This document shows, in pieces, positions 1-7,746 of a stretch of 29,701 bases of DNA. Numbering within the stretch: the first letter of the stretch is position 1; every line of letters starts with the position of its first letter. The DNA lies in the IMG/VR virus record IMGVR_UViG_3300038974_000405, positions 1-29,701 of that record, one strand, 5' to 3'. Source of the DNA: a virus. Lineage: Duplodnaviria > Caudoviricetes. Position numbers and translations under genes: made by a program. Under the pieces are notes generated by a model, which had not been told where the DNA came from, did not search any database, and saw nothing but the letters and a program-made list of their open reading frames with translations.

Positions 1-11
1 TTAAATTATTT

Positions 12-707
12 ATGAATGGTGAAGCTATTAGTTTTAAGCTTGGACTTATTAAAGTAAATTATAAACGATATCATGTTCCTAACTGTTATAAACTTGTTTT
101 CTTTGAAGAAGATACTAATTTTTATTACTCTTCTACTCTTTATTCTGGTGGTAAAACTGGTTTTGGCATTAACTTATACGATTATGAAGCTATTCATAAT
201 CGAGTAGATGAAGATTTTGAAATTATTACAAGAGATCCTTTTGAAGCTATTTCTCTTTATGACACACTTATGGAGAAAGCTAATGAAGAATACATGACTA
301 AGAGAAATAATGAAACAAGGAGAATTAAAGAAGAAGTTTATGATGTTCTTATTAAAGAATTTAGCAACTATAAGTTTTTTGTTGATTCTGAAGAAGCAAA
401 AACGGGATTTTTTGTTAAGTTTGGAGTAGATTATAATAATGTTTCTAAGCGTCTAGATTATTTTGTTGTTTTTGGATACGATGCTCATGGAAATGAAAAA
501 GTTTTTGGAGATGTTGATGACTATTTCACAAAGAGTGGAAACGCTAGAGTTAGTAAGATAGCTGACGAAGCTAAAATTTGTAATATTTATCCTGAAAAAG
601 AGTTTGTTAAAACTATGAAAAAAGCTAAGAAGATCGCTGAGAAGATGATATTTCATTTTAATAATAGACATAATACTCTTCTTAATGAAGTTAAGTCTAC
701 ATTTTAA
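12..707 (+). CDS. hypothetical phage protein
   Basis: 231-aa ORF followed by a clear intrinsic terminator; no motif recognised. Confidence 0.75.
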   Translation: MNGEAISFKLGLIKVNYKRYHVPNCYKLVFFEEDTNFYYSSTLYSGGKTGFGINLYDYEAIHNRVDEDFEIITRDPFEAISLYDTLMEKANEEYMTKRNNETRRIKEEVYDVLIKEFSNYKFFVDSEEAKTGFFVKFGVDYNNVSKRLDYFVVFGYDAHGNEKVFGDVDDYFTKSGNARVSKIADEAKICNIYPEKEFVKTMKKAKKIAEKMIFHFNNRHNTLLNEVKSTF

Positions 708-732
708 TTAGTTAAAATATAAAATAAATTTT

Positions 733-765
733 AAAAACTGCTCTTAAGTAAAAGAGCAGTTTTTT
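733..765 (+). terminator. Rho-independent terminator (possibly bidirectional)
   Basis: AAAAACTGCTCTT-aagtaa-AAGAGCAGTTTTT perfect inverted repeat ending in a T-tract, downstream of ORF 12..707. Confidence 0.85.
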
Positions 766-842
766 CTTTTCTTGCTTATTGTTAAAACTAAATTTAAAAA
801 AGATAGGTTTAATAAACTAGTAAGAAAAGGGGCATTTTAATT

Positions 843-1361
843 ATGTCTGTATCAACTAAATTAAATATTCTTAAATCATTTTTATCTCCTATATTTAATA
901 CTGCAAAAAATGTTATAACAACTACAGTAACAGATACTGGTAAAGTTGCTGTTATTTCTAAAGATGCTTTTGTAAATTTTACAGAAAAATACAAAGGTAT
1001 TAGAAGAATTATTTTAGTTATCGTTTTATGGATTAATATACATATATTTTTTGTGACATCTAAAATGTATCAATTACATAATCAAATTGATACACAATGG
1101 ATTATTTATGCTGGTTATTGGACAGCTATATTAGGAACATTTATAGGATTTTATACTGTTTCTAGAGTTAAAGAATTTAATTCAGAGACTGATTTAGCTC
1201 CTAAAGGTGAATGGTTAGCAGACGTAAATAAAGAACAAAAAGAAACTGATAAAATTAAAAAGGTTGCAGAAGGAATGATTGAAGAATCATTTGTTGAAGA
1301 AAGAATAGAAATAGATGGAGACTCTTTAATAGAAGGAGAAATGACTAATGGATCGCAATAA
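843..1361 (+). CDS. two-TM membrane protein, putative holin
   Basis: Two hydrophobic segments (RRIILVIVLWINIHIFFV; WIIYAGYWTAILGTFIGFYTV), charged C-terminal tail, SD AAGGGG upstream, overlaps a TM/coiled-coil gene. Holin role is inferred. Confidence 0.5.
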   Translation: MSVSTKLNILKSFLSPIFNTAKNVITTTVTDTGKVAVISKDAFVNFTEKYKGIRRIILVIVLWINIHIFFVTSKMYQLHNQIDTQWIIYAGYWTAILGTFIGFYTVSRVKEFNSETDLAPKGEWLADVNKEQKETDKIKKVAEGMIEESFVEERIEIDGDSLIEGEMTNGSQ

Positions 1362-1713
1362 AATAAAAGAATTTTTTAAAAATATTTGGGAATGGCTAGT
1401 TGTTATAGTTCTATTTATTTCAGGTTATTTTATATGGTCTCATTTTTTTAAAAAGACTGTAGCTGAAAAGAAAATTTTAAATGATATAAAACAAAACAAT
1501 GAAGAAATAAAAGAATTAGAAAAATTAGTAGACCAACATAAAGAAAAAGAAAAAGAATTAGAAAAAAAGGAAAAAGAAATAACAGAAAAAATAGTTAATA
1601 AAGAAAAAGAAATTGCTGAAAAAGAAAAAGAATTTGAAGAAAAGAAAAAGAAGGTAGAAGAAGAAAGTAATGATACTTCTTCTAATATTGATTATCTAAA
1701 TAAAAAATATTAA
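1348..1713 (+). CDS. N-terminal TM plus coiled-coil protein, i-spanin (Rz)-like architecture
   Basis: TM WEWLVVIVLFISGYFIW then a long K/E-rich coiled coil; SD AAGGAG; overlaps the putative holin. Confidence 0.5.
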   Translation: MDRNKIKEFFKNIWEWLVVIVLFISGYFIWSHFFKKTVAEKKILNDIKQNNEEIKELEKLVDQHKEKEKELEKKEKEITEKIVNKEKEIAEKEKEFEEKKKKVEEESNDTSSNIDYLNKKY

Positions 1714-1718
1714 AAAAC

Positions 1719-2168
1719 ATGACAAATTATCATTCTCAATTTAGAGGAGATTTAGCTTTTTTAAGTAATATGTATCCATGCCATTTTACTATTGACGATA
1801 TAGATTATTCTTCCGTCGAACATTATTTTCAATCAATGAAAACTAGTAATGTTGAAGAAAAAAAATCTATTATTGAAACTGAATCACCAGTTGAAGCTAA
1901 AAAACTAGGTAAAAAAGTGACGTTAAGAAAAGATTGGGAAGTAATAAAAGATATAGTTATGTTTGATGGTGTTTTTGCTAAATTTAAACAAAATGAAAAA
2001 TTAGCAAATAAATTGATTCATATAGATGATTCTCTTTTAATAGAAAAAAACAGTTGGGGAGATAGATATTGGGGTGTTGATTATAACACTGGCATTGGTT
2101 TAAATAAATTAGGTAAAATATTGAAAAAAGTAAAAATGTTATTATTACTTTCTAATCTCAAAAAATAA
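1719..2168 (+). CDS. NADAR (YbiA-like) family hydrolase
   Basis: Family motifs in order: FLSNMY, SVEHYFQ, AKKLG, LRKDWE, AKFKQN, LIE-x-NSWGDRYWG, GLNKLGKIL. Confidence 0.92.
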   Translation: MTNYHSQFRGDLAFLSNMYPCHFTIDDIDYSSVEHYFQSMKTSNVEEKKSIIETESPVEAKKLGKKVTLRKDWEVIKDIVMFDGVFAKFKQNEKLANKLIHIDDSLLIEKNSWGDRYWGVDYNTGIGLNKLGKILKKVKMLLLLSNLKK

Positions 2169-2190
2169 TTATTTATGGACGTGATAAGCT

Positions 2191-3744
2191 TTGAATTTTT
2201 TAGAAAATATAAATATTTTATTAGCTAAATTACATAAAAAAGATAAAGATTTTTATGTTCAAATTAGAAAAGAAGCAGCTAAAGAAGAATTATATAAAAA
2301 AATACAAGATGAATATGATACATTTTTTGGTAAACGTAAAACTCGTTTGTATTTAAAACTTGAAAATTTAAAAATGAATGATGTAATTGGTTTAGATAAA
2401 GATATGATAGATGTTATGAATAGAATTAATACAATATTTTATAATTATGTAAAAAATTTTAAAATAATATCTGCTGAAGATTTTATAGATAATTTAGCTA
2501 CAGGTGAATCTGGAAGAAAAATAAAAATAGGTAAACTCTTAGAAAAAATTAAAACTTCAAAAGACTTGTATGATGATGAAGCTGAAGTAAATTATTTAAT
2601 AAAAAAATTCAATCAAAGGCCATCAAAGAATGTTTTAAAAGTTATTAAAAACGTTCAATTGTATGCTGTAATTTCTAGATCTGCTGAAGATGTAGCTGGT
2701 ATGTCATCTGATAGACGTTGGACGTCTTGTATGAGATTGCCAGGTTATAAAAATACTTCTAAGTATGAGTATAAAGACGATGGCGGAGATTACTATTCAG
2801 TTTTAGAAAGTGATATTAAATACGGAACTTTAGTAGCTTATCTAATAAGAGAAGATGATAGAAATATAGAAGATCCATTAGCTAGAATTTCTATTAAACC
2901 ATATTTCAATATTGTTAAAGATGATACAAATGTTGCTAATATGTATTTATTACCAGAAAAAAAGATATATAGCGATAGTACTTTAACACAGTCAATTCTT
3001 TTAGCTTTTCATAATAAAGTAAACGAATTTTTTGAAAATGTAAATAAAAATAAAGTGGGATATTTTGAAATTCCAGTTGAATTATATCCAGATACTAATC
3101 CTACTAGAATTTCTAAAGTAGATGAATCTGTTTATAATGAAATGCAAAAAAATGGCTTTGATGTTCAACTTTTAAAAAGCTGTTTTAATGATAGAATAGA
3201 TGAATATACATTTCAAAAATACGCTAAAATAGTTTATTCTATGTTTAAAAAAGATAAAAATCATCATTTAATTAAATCAATAAAAAATGGTTGTTTTTAT
3301 AGAATTACTAAAATTGATGAATCAAACTTGTCTTGTGATAAAATAGTTGGAGAATTTGGTGATCCAAACTTTAACTTTTTTGCTAATACTGTTAAAGATT
3401 CTGTATTTAATGGCGGTTATTTAGCAACTTCTTATTTAGTTAATTCTACTATTAAAAGCGGTTCTTTAGTAGAAATTTATCAAGATAGTAAAAGTTCTAT
3501 ATTTGAACCTAATACAACATTAATACCATCTGATTCTTCTGCTGTTTTAACTAATTGGATTTATGCAGGTAATGAATGGTATGGTGGAAAATTATATTCT
3601 AAAAAATTTGAAAAATTTATTACAACTAAGAATTCTACAATACCAAATAGTTTTTCTTTGCCCGATTTTTATACTAAACAGCTTCATGCTTATACATTTG
3701 AATATTTTGTTGAAAGTTTAGGAGATAGTATTAATAATGAATAA
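2191..3744 (+). CDS. hypothetical protein, paralogue A (AGMSxDRRWxSCM family)
   Basis: 517 aa, TTG start with SD GGACGTGA; shares SRxAEDxAGMSxDRRWxSCM and GTLVAYLIRxDDxxIEDPLARIxIKP with the next gene. Confidence 0.85.
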   Translation: MNFLENINILLAKLHKKDKDFYVQIRKEAAKEELYKKIQDEYDTFFGKRKTRLYLKLENLKMNDVIGLDKDMIDVMNRINTIFYNYVKNFKIISAEDFIDNLATGESGRKIKIGKLLEKIKTSKDLYDDEAEVNYLIKKFNQRPSKNVLKVIKNVQLYAVISRSAEDVAGMSSDRRWTSCMRLPGYKNTSKYEYKDDGGDYYSVLESDIKYGTLVAYLIREDDRNIEDPLARISIKPYFNIVKDDTNVANMYLLPEKKIYSDSTLTQSILLAFHNKVNEFFENVNKNKVGYFEIPVELYPDTNPTRISKVDESVYNEMQKNGFDVQLLKSCFNDRIDEYTFQKYAKIVYSMFKKDKNHHLIKSIKNGCFYRITKIDESNLSCDKIVGEFGDPNFNFFANTVKDSVFNGGYLATSYLVNSTIKSGSLVEIYQDSKSSIFEPNTTLIPSDSSAVLTNWIYAGNEWYGGKLYSKKFEKFITTKNSTIPNSFSLPDFYTKQLHAYTFEYFVESLGDSINNE

Positions 3745-5527
3745 TTTTTTAAAACAAATTAATATTTTGTTAGCTGCATTAAAACCTGAAGATATAGAAA
3801 AATTTACTGAAATACAACTTAGCGCAGAAACCATTTTTAAAGTAAAAAGCAGATATGATCATTTATTTGGTTCTGATGATAGATATTATATTGATGTAGA
3901 TAATATAAAAATTGAAGATTATAGTTATTTATTAGAACAAAAATATAAAGAAAATTTTTTTAACATAAATGAAGAATTAAAATGGCATGGTTATAAAATA
4001 AAAAATGCTGAAATGTATTTAAAAGGTAAAGCTAACAAATTAGATAAAGAAACAAGAACTTTTAAAGAACCTAAAGATGATCCTAAGAATTTAGAATCAA
4101 TAGATAAAATTTTAACAAGTGTAATAAATAAAGAAATTGAAAGAGACTATCTTCCTCAATTAAAAATAGTAAAAGAATATATTTTTAATGAAGATATAAT
4201 AAAAATTTTAAATGATGAAAGTTTAAATGATAGTAAAAAAATAGTCTCTTTGCATAAAATTTTTAGAAATACTCGCCTTAAAGAAATATTTGAAGAAGAT
4301 TTTTTTAATACACATAGGGATGACGATATAGATCAATTTGTAAATATTTTAATAGATACTTCTAGTTTAATAAATATGAAATCTATTTATAGTTCTAGAC
4401 CCTCTTTAAAAAGTCTACAGAATGACAGAAATTTAATGATAGTTGTATCTAGAAAAGCTGAAGATATTGCAGGAATGTCTACTGATAGAAGATGGAAATC
4501 GTGCATGGAATTGCCTGGTTATGATAAAAATAAAATGTTTGGTGGATCTTTTCATTCTCGTTTATTTTATGATATAAAACTTGGTACTTTAGTAGCTTAT
4601 TTAATTAGAAAAGATGATAAAGAAATAGAAGATCCATTAGCTAGAATAGCTATTAAGCCGATGTTTAGCACAGATGATGCTATTAGTTACTCTATTATTA
4701 AAATATTAGAAAAAGAAGATTTTAAAGATATAAATAGTTTATCCGACGAAGAAAAAAGTTTAGTAGAAAAATTTAAAAATACAGAATTCGTTTTTTACTT
4801 AAGACCTGAAAAACAAGTGTATTCAGACGGTTCTTTACCAGCAAATGTATTAAATAAATTTAAAGAAGAAGTTATTAAATTTTGTCACAGCCATAATAAA
4901 AATACTGAAGGTGCTTTTGAATTAAGTGAACTTCTTTATAATGATACTGGTAATTCTATTGAATATATAGTTAAAGACGAAAAAATTAAAGAAAAATTTA
5001 AAAAATTAGCTAAAAATTTTAATAACAAATATTTAGATGAAAATGATGCGTTTGAAATTTTGTTGTCTTGGTATTTTTCTTTTGGAAAAGATATTAATAA
5101 TTGGCTGTTTAAAGCAATTGAAAATAAAAAAATAGATGTATCTATTATTATGGTAAATGGAAAACTCATTACAATAGAAGCAAATAATATGAAAGATATT
5201 ACTATCAAAAATGAAAATTTCTACGGCAATAATTTGAATATTACATTAGAAAATTATTGTGATAATTGCAATTTTGAAAATATTTCTAGAATTGTTGTTA
5301 AAAATGCATTTAATTCATCTTTTGATAATTGCACTCTTTCTGGCGGAAATTACAGAAATTGCCACATAACAAACTGCGAATTTATGAGAAATATATATGT
5401 GTATTCTAATAAATTTAAAGACTATATGTTCTGTAAAATTAATACTGATAAATTTTTAGAAATAGAACAAAAATCTGATACTAAAGAACATTTTAGAATT
5501 AATCTTTCTAAAGAGTTTAAAAAATAA
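3737..5527 (+). CDS. hypothetical protein, paralogue B with C-terminal beta-solenoid-like repeats
   Basis: 596 aa, SD AGGAG; same conserved core as 2191..3744; C-terminal roughly 5-residue periodicity (CDNCNFEN...NSSFDNCTLSGGNYRNCHITNC). Confidence 0.85.
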   Translation: MNNFLKQINILLAALKPEDIEKFTEIQLSAETIFKVKSRYDHLFGSDDRYYIDVDNIKIEDYSYLLEQKYKENFFNINEELKWHGYKIKNAEMYLKGKANKLDKETRTFKEPKDDPKNLESIDKILTSVINKEIERDYLPQLKIVKEYIFNEDIIKILNDESLNDSKKIVSLHKIFRNTRLKEIFEEDFFNTHRDDDIDQFVNILIDTSSLINMKSIYSSRPSLKSLQNDRNLMIVVSRKAEDIAGMSTDRRWKSCMELPGYDKNKMFGGSFHSRLFYDIKLGTLVAYLIRKDDKEIEDPLARIAIKPMFSTDDAISYSIIKILEKEDFKDINSLSDEEKSLVEKFKNTEFVFYLRPEKQVYSDGSLPANVLNKFKEEVIKFCHSHNKNTEGAFELSELLYNDTGNSIEYIVKDEKIKEKFKKLAKNFNNKYLDENDAFEILLSWYFSFGKDINNWLFKAIENKKIDVSIIMVNGKLITIEANNMKDITIKNENFYGNNLNITLENYCDNCNFENISRIVVKNAFNSSFDNCTLSGGNYRNCHITNCEFMRNIYVYSNKFKDYMFCKINTDKFLEIEQKSDTKEHFRINLSKEFKK

Positions 5528-5540
5528 AAAGTAAATAACT

Positions 5541-5678
5541 ATGAATAATATATTAACAAATATTAATAAAATTCTTGATTTAGCTATAATATCTAGAAGA
5601 TCACCAGAAAGAAAAGAACAATTTGCTAAATATGACATAAATAATAAACTGATAGCTAAAAGAGATCAGTTTAATTAA
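5541..5678 (+). CDS. unannotated 45-aa ORF sharing the paralogues' N-terminal leader (small protein or gene relic)
   Basis: Translated by hand: MNNILTNINKILDLAIISRRSPERKEQFAKYDINNKLIAKRDQFN*. It fills the gap between flanking genes and its N-terminus resembles MNNFLKQINILLA. No clear SD. Confidence 0.55.
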   Translation: MNNILTNINKILDLAIISRRSPERKEQFAKYDINNKLIAKRDQFN

Positions 5679-5697
5679 ATTAAGGAGAATTAATTAA

Positions 5698-6069
5698 ATG
5701 GATAATTTTGAAATGGCAAAAAAATTAGCTAAAGAAAAACAATGTATAGTTTCAGAATCTAATGAATCTTTAACAGAAGAACCTGAAAATCTAAATGTAG
5801 AAACAGAAGACATGTCTAGATTAATATCTAGTTTAATAGAAGAATTAGAAGCTGTTAATTTTTATGAACAAAGATCTATAGCTTCTGAAGATGAAAGTAT
5901 TATTAATTTAATGATTCACAATAGAGATGAAGAAATTGAACACGCTGCTATGATTATAGAAGAAATTAGAAAGAGAAATGAAGTCTGGAATAAATCTTTA
6001 AAAGAATTTCTATTTAAAGATAATTCTGAAGTAGTTGAAGTAGAAGAAGAAAAAACATTTACAGATTAA
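5698..6069 (+). CDS. encapsulated-ferritin-like protein (EncFtn/Flp family)
   Basis: SLIEELEAVNFYEQR and HNRDEEIEHAAM ferroxidase motifs plus WNKSLKEFLF, matching the EncFtn pattern; strong SD TAAGGAG. Confidence 0.9.
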   Translation: MDNFEMAKKLAKEKQCIVSESNESLTEEPENLNVETEDMSRLISSLIEELEAVNFYEQRSIASEDESIINLMIHNRDEEIEHAAMIIEEIRKRNEVWNKSLKEFLFKDNSEVVEVEEEKTFTD

Positions 6070-6086
6070 ACATTTTATGTTATAAT
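6058..6086 (+). promoter_or_regulatory. sigma70/sigmaA-type promoter with extended -10
   Basis: TTTACA (6058-6063), 17-nt spacer, TATAAT (6081-6086), preceded by TATG-n. Confidence 0.75.
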
Positions 6087-6114
6087 ATAAAAAATTATAA
6101 GAGGATTGTGATAA

Positions 6115-6873
6115 ATGATGGAAGATAATGATAGAATTGAAAATTTTATTACTGACAATATTTTAGATGACTGTGACGTTGTAGAAAATATTTTAGGAAT
6201 TAATAGTTTAAAACCATGGCAAAGAAAGTTAATTGAAGTATTTTTTAATGAAAGGTTTATTGTAGTTAATAAAACACAACATGTTAATTCTAAAAGTTTT
6301 ATTTCTAAATTAGCATTTTCTTTATTTGTAAAAGAAGAAAATTTTAAAATTTTAATACTAGTAGATAGTTTAAAGTCTTTAAGAACATTTTATGATTTAA
6401 TCTTTGAAACTTTTAGAACTTATAATTATAATATGAATTATTTTAATTCTTACGGCATAGATTATCACGATAAAAATTTCATTTTAGAAATAAAAAATAA
6501 AGATAGCAATGATACGAATGAAATTGAAGTCACAGTCGATCCTAAAAAATGTTTAAATAAAAATTACGATTTATTAATTATTGATGACGCAGCATATATA
6601 GAAGATATTAAAAATAAATATGATTATTTAGTACCTAATCATATAAATTATGATAATGTATTTAAACCGTATGGTATTGTAATTTGCAGTGAAATGAATA
6701 ATTTTTCTGATGACCTTAGAAAAGGCGTAATGGGAAATTGGTTTAGTTCATGTTGGAATGACGCTATTAATTTTTGTAATGATTTTATTCCAATTTATGT
6801 AGCTAAAGATAACGATAAAGAAATAGAAAACGAAGATTATTTTCTATTTAGGGAGGATGATTATTTAGATTGA
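6115..6873 (+). CDS. degenerate terminase large-subunit ATPase-like protein (no nuclease domain)
   Basis: Q-motif-like LKPWQRKLI, RFIVVNK leading into a corrupted Walker A (KTQHVNSKS), Walker B-like LLIIDDAAYI, coupling-motif-like IVICS; only 252 aa. Confidence 0.65.
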   Translation: MMEDNDRIENFITDNILDDCDVVENILGINSLKPWQRKLIEVFFNERFIVVNKTQHVNSKSFISKLAFSLFVKEENFKILILVDSLKSLRTFYDLIFETFRTYNYNMNYFNSYGIDYHDKNFILEIKNKDSNDTNEIEVTVDPKKCLNKNYDLLIIDDAAYIEDIKNKYDYLVPNHINYDNVFKPYGIVICSEMNNFSDDLRKGVMGNWFSSCWNDAINFCNDFIPIYVAKDNDKEIENEDYFLFREDDYLD

Positions 6874-7370
6874 AAAAAATATTAACAATAATTATAATTA
6901 GCTTTTTACTATTATTTAGTCTTGTTATTTCTGCAGATTCTAAAGAAAAACCAGCTTCTTATGATCTAAAAAATGGTTATATTGCAGTAAGAAGTGATGT
7001 ATTTAATAAATTAGTTGAAAATGATAAACTTTTAGAAATTTATAAAGAAGAAGCTAAATACTATAAAGAATCTTTATCTGAGCTAAAAGAATTGCAGTCT
7101 GAAAGGTTTACGATACAAGATCAAAGAATATTTGTTTTAAAAGAAACAGTAGCAGTAAAAGATGATATAATAGCATTAAAAGACAAAAATGCAGAAAATT
7201 ATAAATCTTTATATGATATTAAATCTGCTGAAGTTAGAACTTTAAAAAGAAAAACTTTATTAGATAAACTTCTTGTGTTAGGAATTGGCGCTTATGGTAT
7301 TTCTCAAATAGATGATACAGGTGGTCAAGTAGCAGTTGGTGCAGCTACTTTATCATTTATTTTGAAATGA
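6870..7370 (+). CDS. exported coiled-coil protein with C-terminal hydrophobic hairpin
   Basis: Signal peptide MKKILTIIIISFLLLFSLVISA, helical coiled-coil middle, Gly-rich hydrophobic C-terminus; SD GGAGG, TTG start overlapping the upstream TGA. Confidence 0.75.
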   Translation: MKKILTIIIISFLLLFSLVISADSKEKPASYDLKNGYIAVRSDVFNKLVENDKLLEIYKEEAKYYKESLSELKELQSERFTIQDQRIFVLKETVAVKDDIIALKDKNAENYKSLYDIKSAEVRTLKRKTLLDKLLVLGIGAYGISQIDDTGGQVAVGAATLSFILK

Positions 7371-7386
7371 AATTATTAAAAAAGTT

Positions 7387-7418
7387 AAAAAGATCGATAG
7401 GTTTATCGATCTTTTTTT
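7387..7418. terminator. bidirectional Rho-independent terminator
   Basis: AAAAAGATCGATA-ggtt-TATCGATCTTTTTTT between convergent genes. Confidence 0.88.
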
Positions 7419-7421
7419 AAT

Positions 7422-7625
7422 TTAAATTATTCTAATTTTTAAAGTATTATCTGTCCTATAAATTCCGCCGATTGGAACTCCTCCAGCTTCAGCTGCGGCA
7501 TCGTCGGCATATTCATTTATTACAAAAACTATAGGTGAAGTAGCAAATAACCCTCCCCATTTTTTGTCAGATCTGCCTAATGAACCTTCGCCATCTTCTC
7601 TTGGTACTATTCTTCTTGTTGCCAT
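7422..7625 (-). CDS. small putative virion protein built from fibre-type motifs
   Basis: 67 aa, non-overlapping, SD GAGGAAGGTG, higher GC than its flanks, ends at a terminator. MATRRIVPREDGEGSLG..KKW and YADDAAAEAGGVPIGGIYRT resemble motifs I recall from phage fibre proteins. Confidence 0.7.
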   Translation of the reverse strand: MATRRIVPREDGEGSLGRSDKKWGGLFATSPIVFVINEYADDAAAEAGGVPIGGIYRTDNTLKIRII

Positions 7626-7664
7626 AATTTAACACCTTCCTCTTTTTAATTAATTTATATAGTA

Positions 7665-7693
7665 TTTACTTTTTAAGTTGTTTGTGATATAAT
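7665..7693 (+). promoter_or_regulatory. sigma70/sigmaA-type promoter with extended -10
   Basis: TTTACT (7665-7670), 17 nt, TATAAT (7688-7693), preceded by TGTG-n. Confidence 0.75.
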
Positions 7694-7746
7694 TATTAAT
7701 AATAAATTTTTATTTATTGCTATTTTATTGTATGGGGGAATTATAT

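Noticed and set aside
1500-1670. GAAAAA-rich quasi-repeats
   Set aside because: Explained by the Lys/Glu coiled coil; no exact repeat unit.
6115-6873. Functional terminase large subunit or intron-split terminase
   Set aside because: Walker A and B are degenerate, and no downstream nuclease exon or homing endonuclease is visible.
5698-7370. Complete encapsulin nanocompartment operon
   Set aside because: No neighbouring ORF resembles an encapsulin shell protein.
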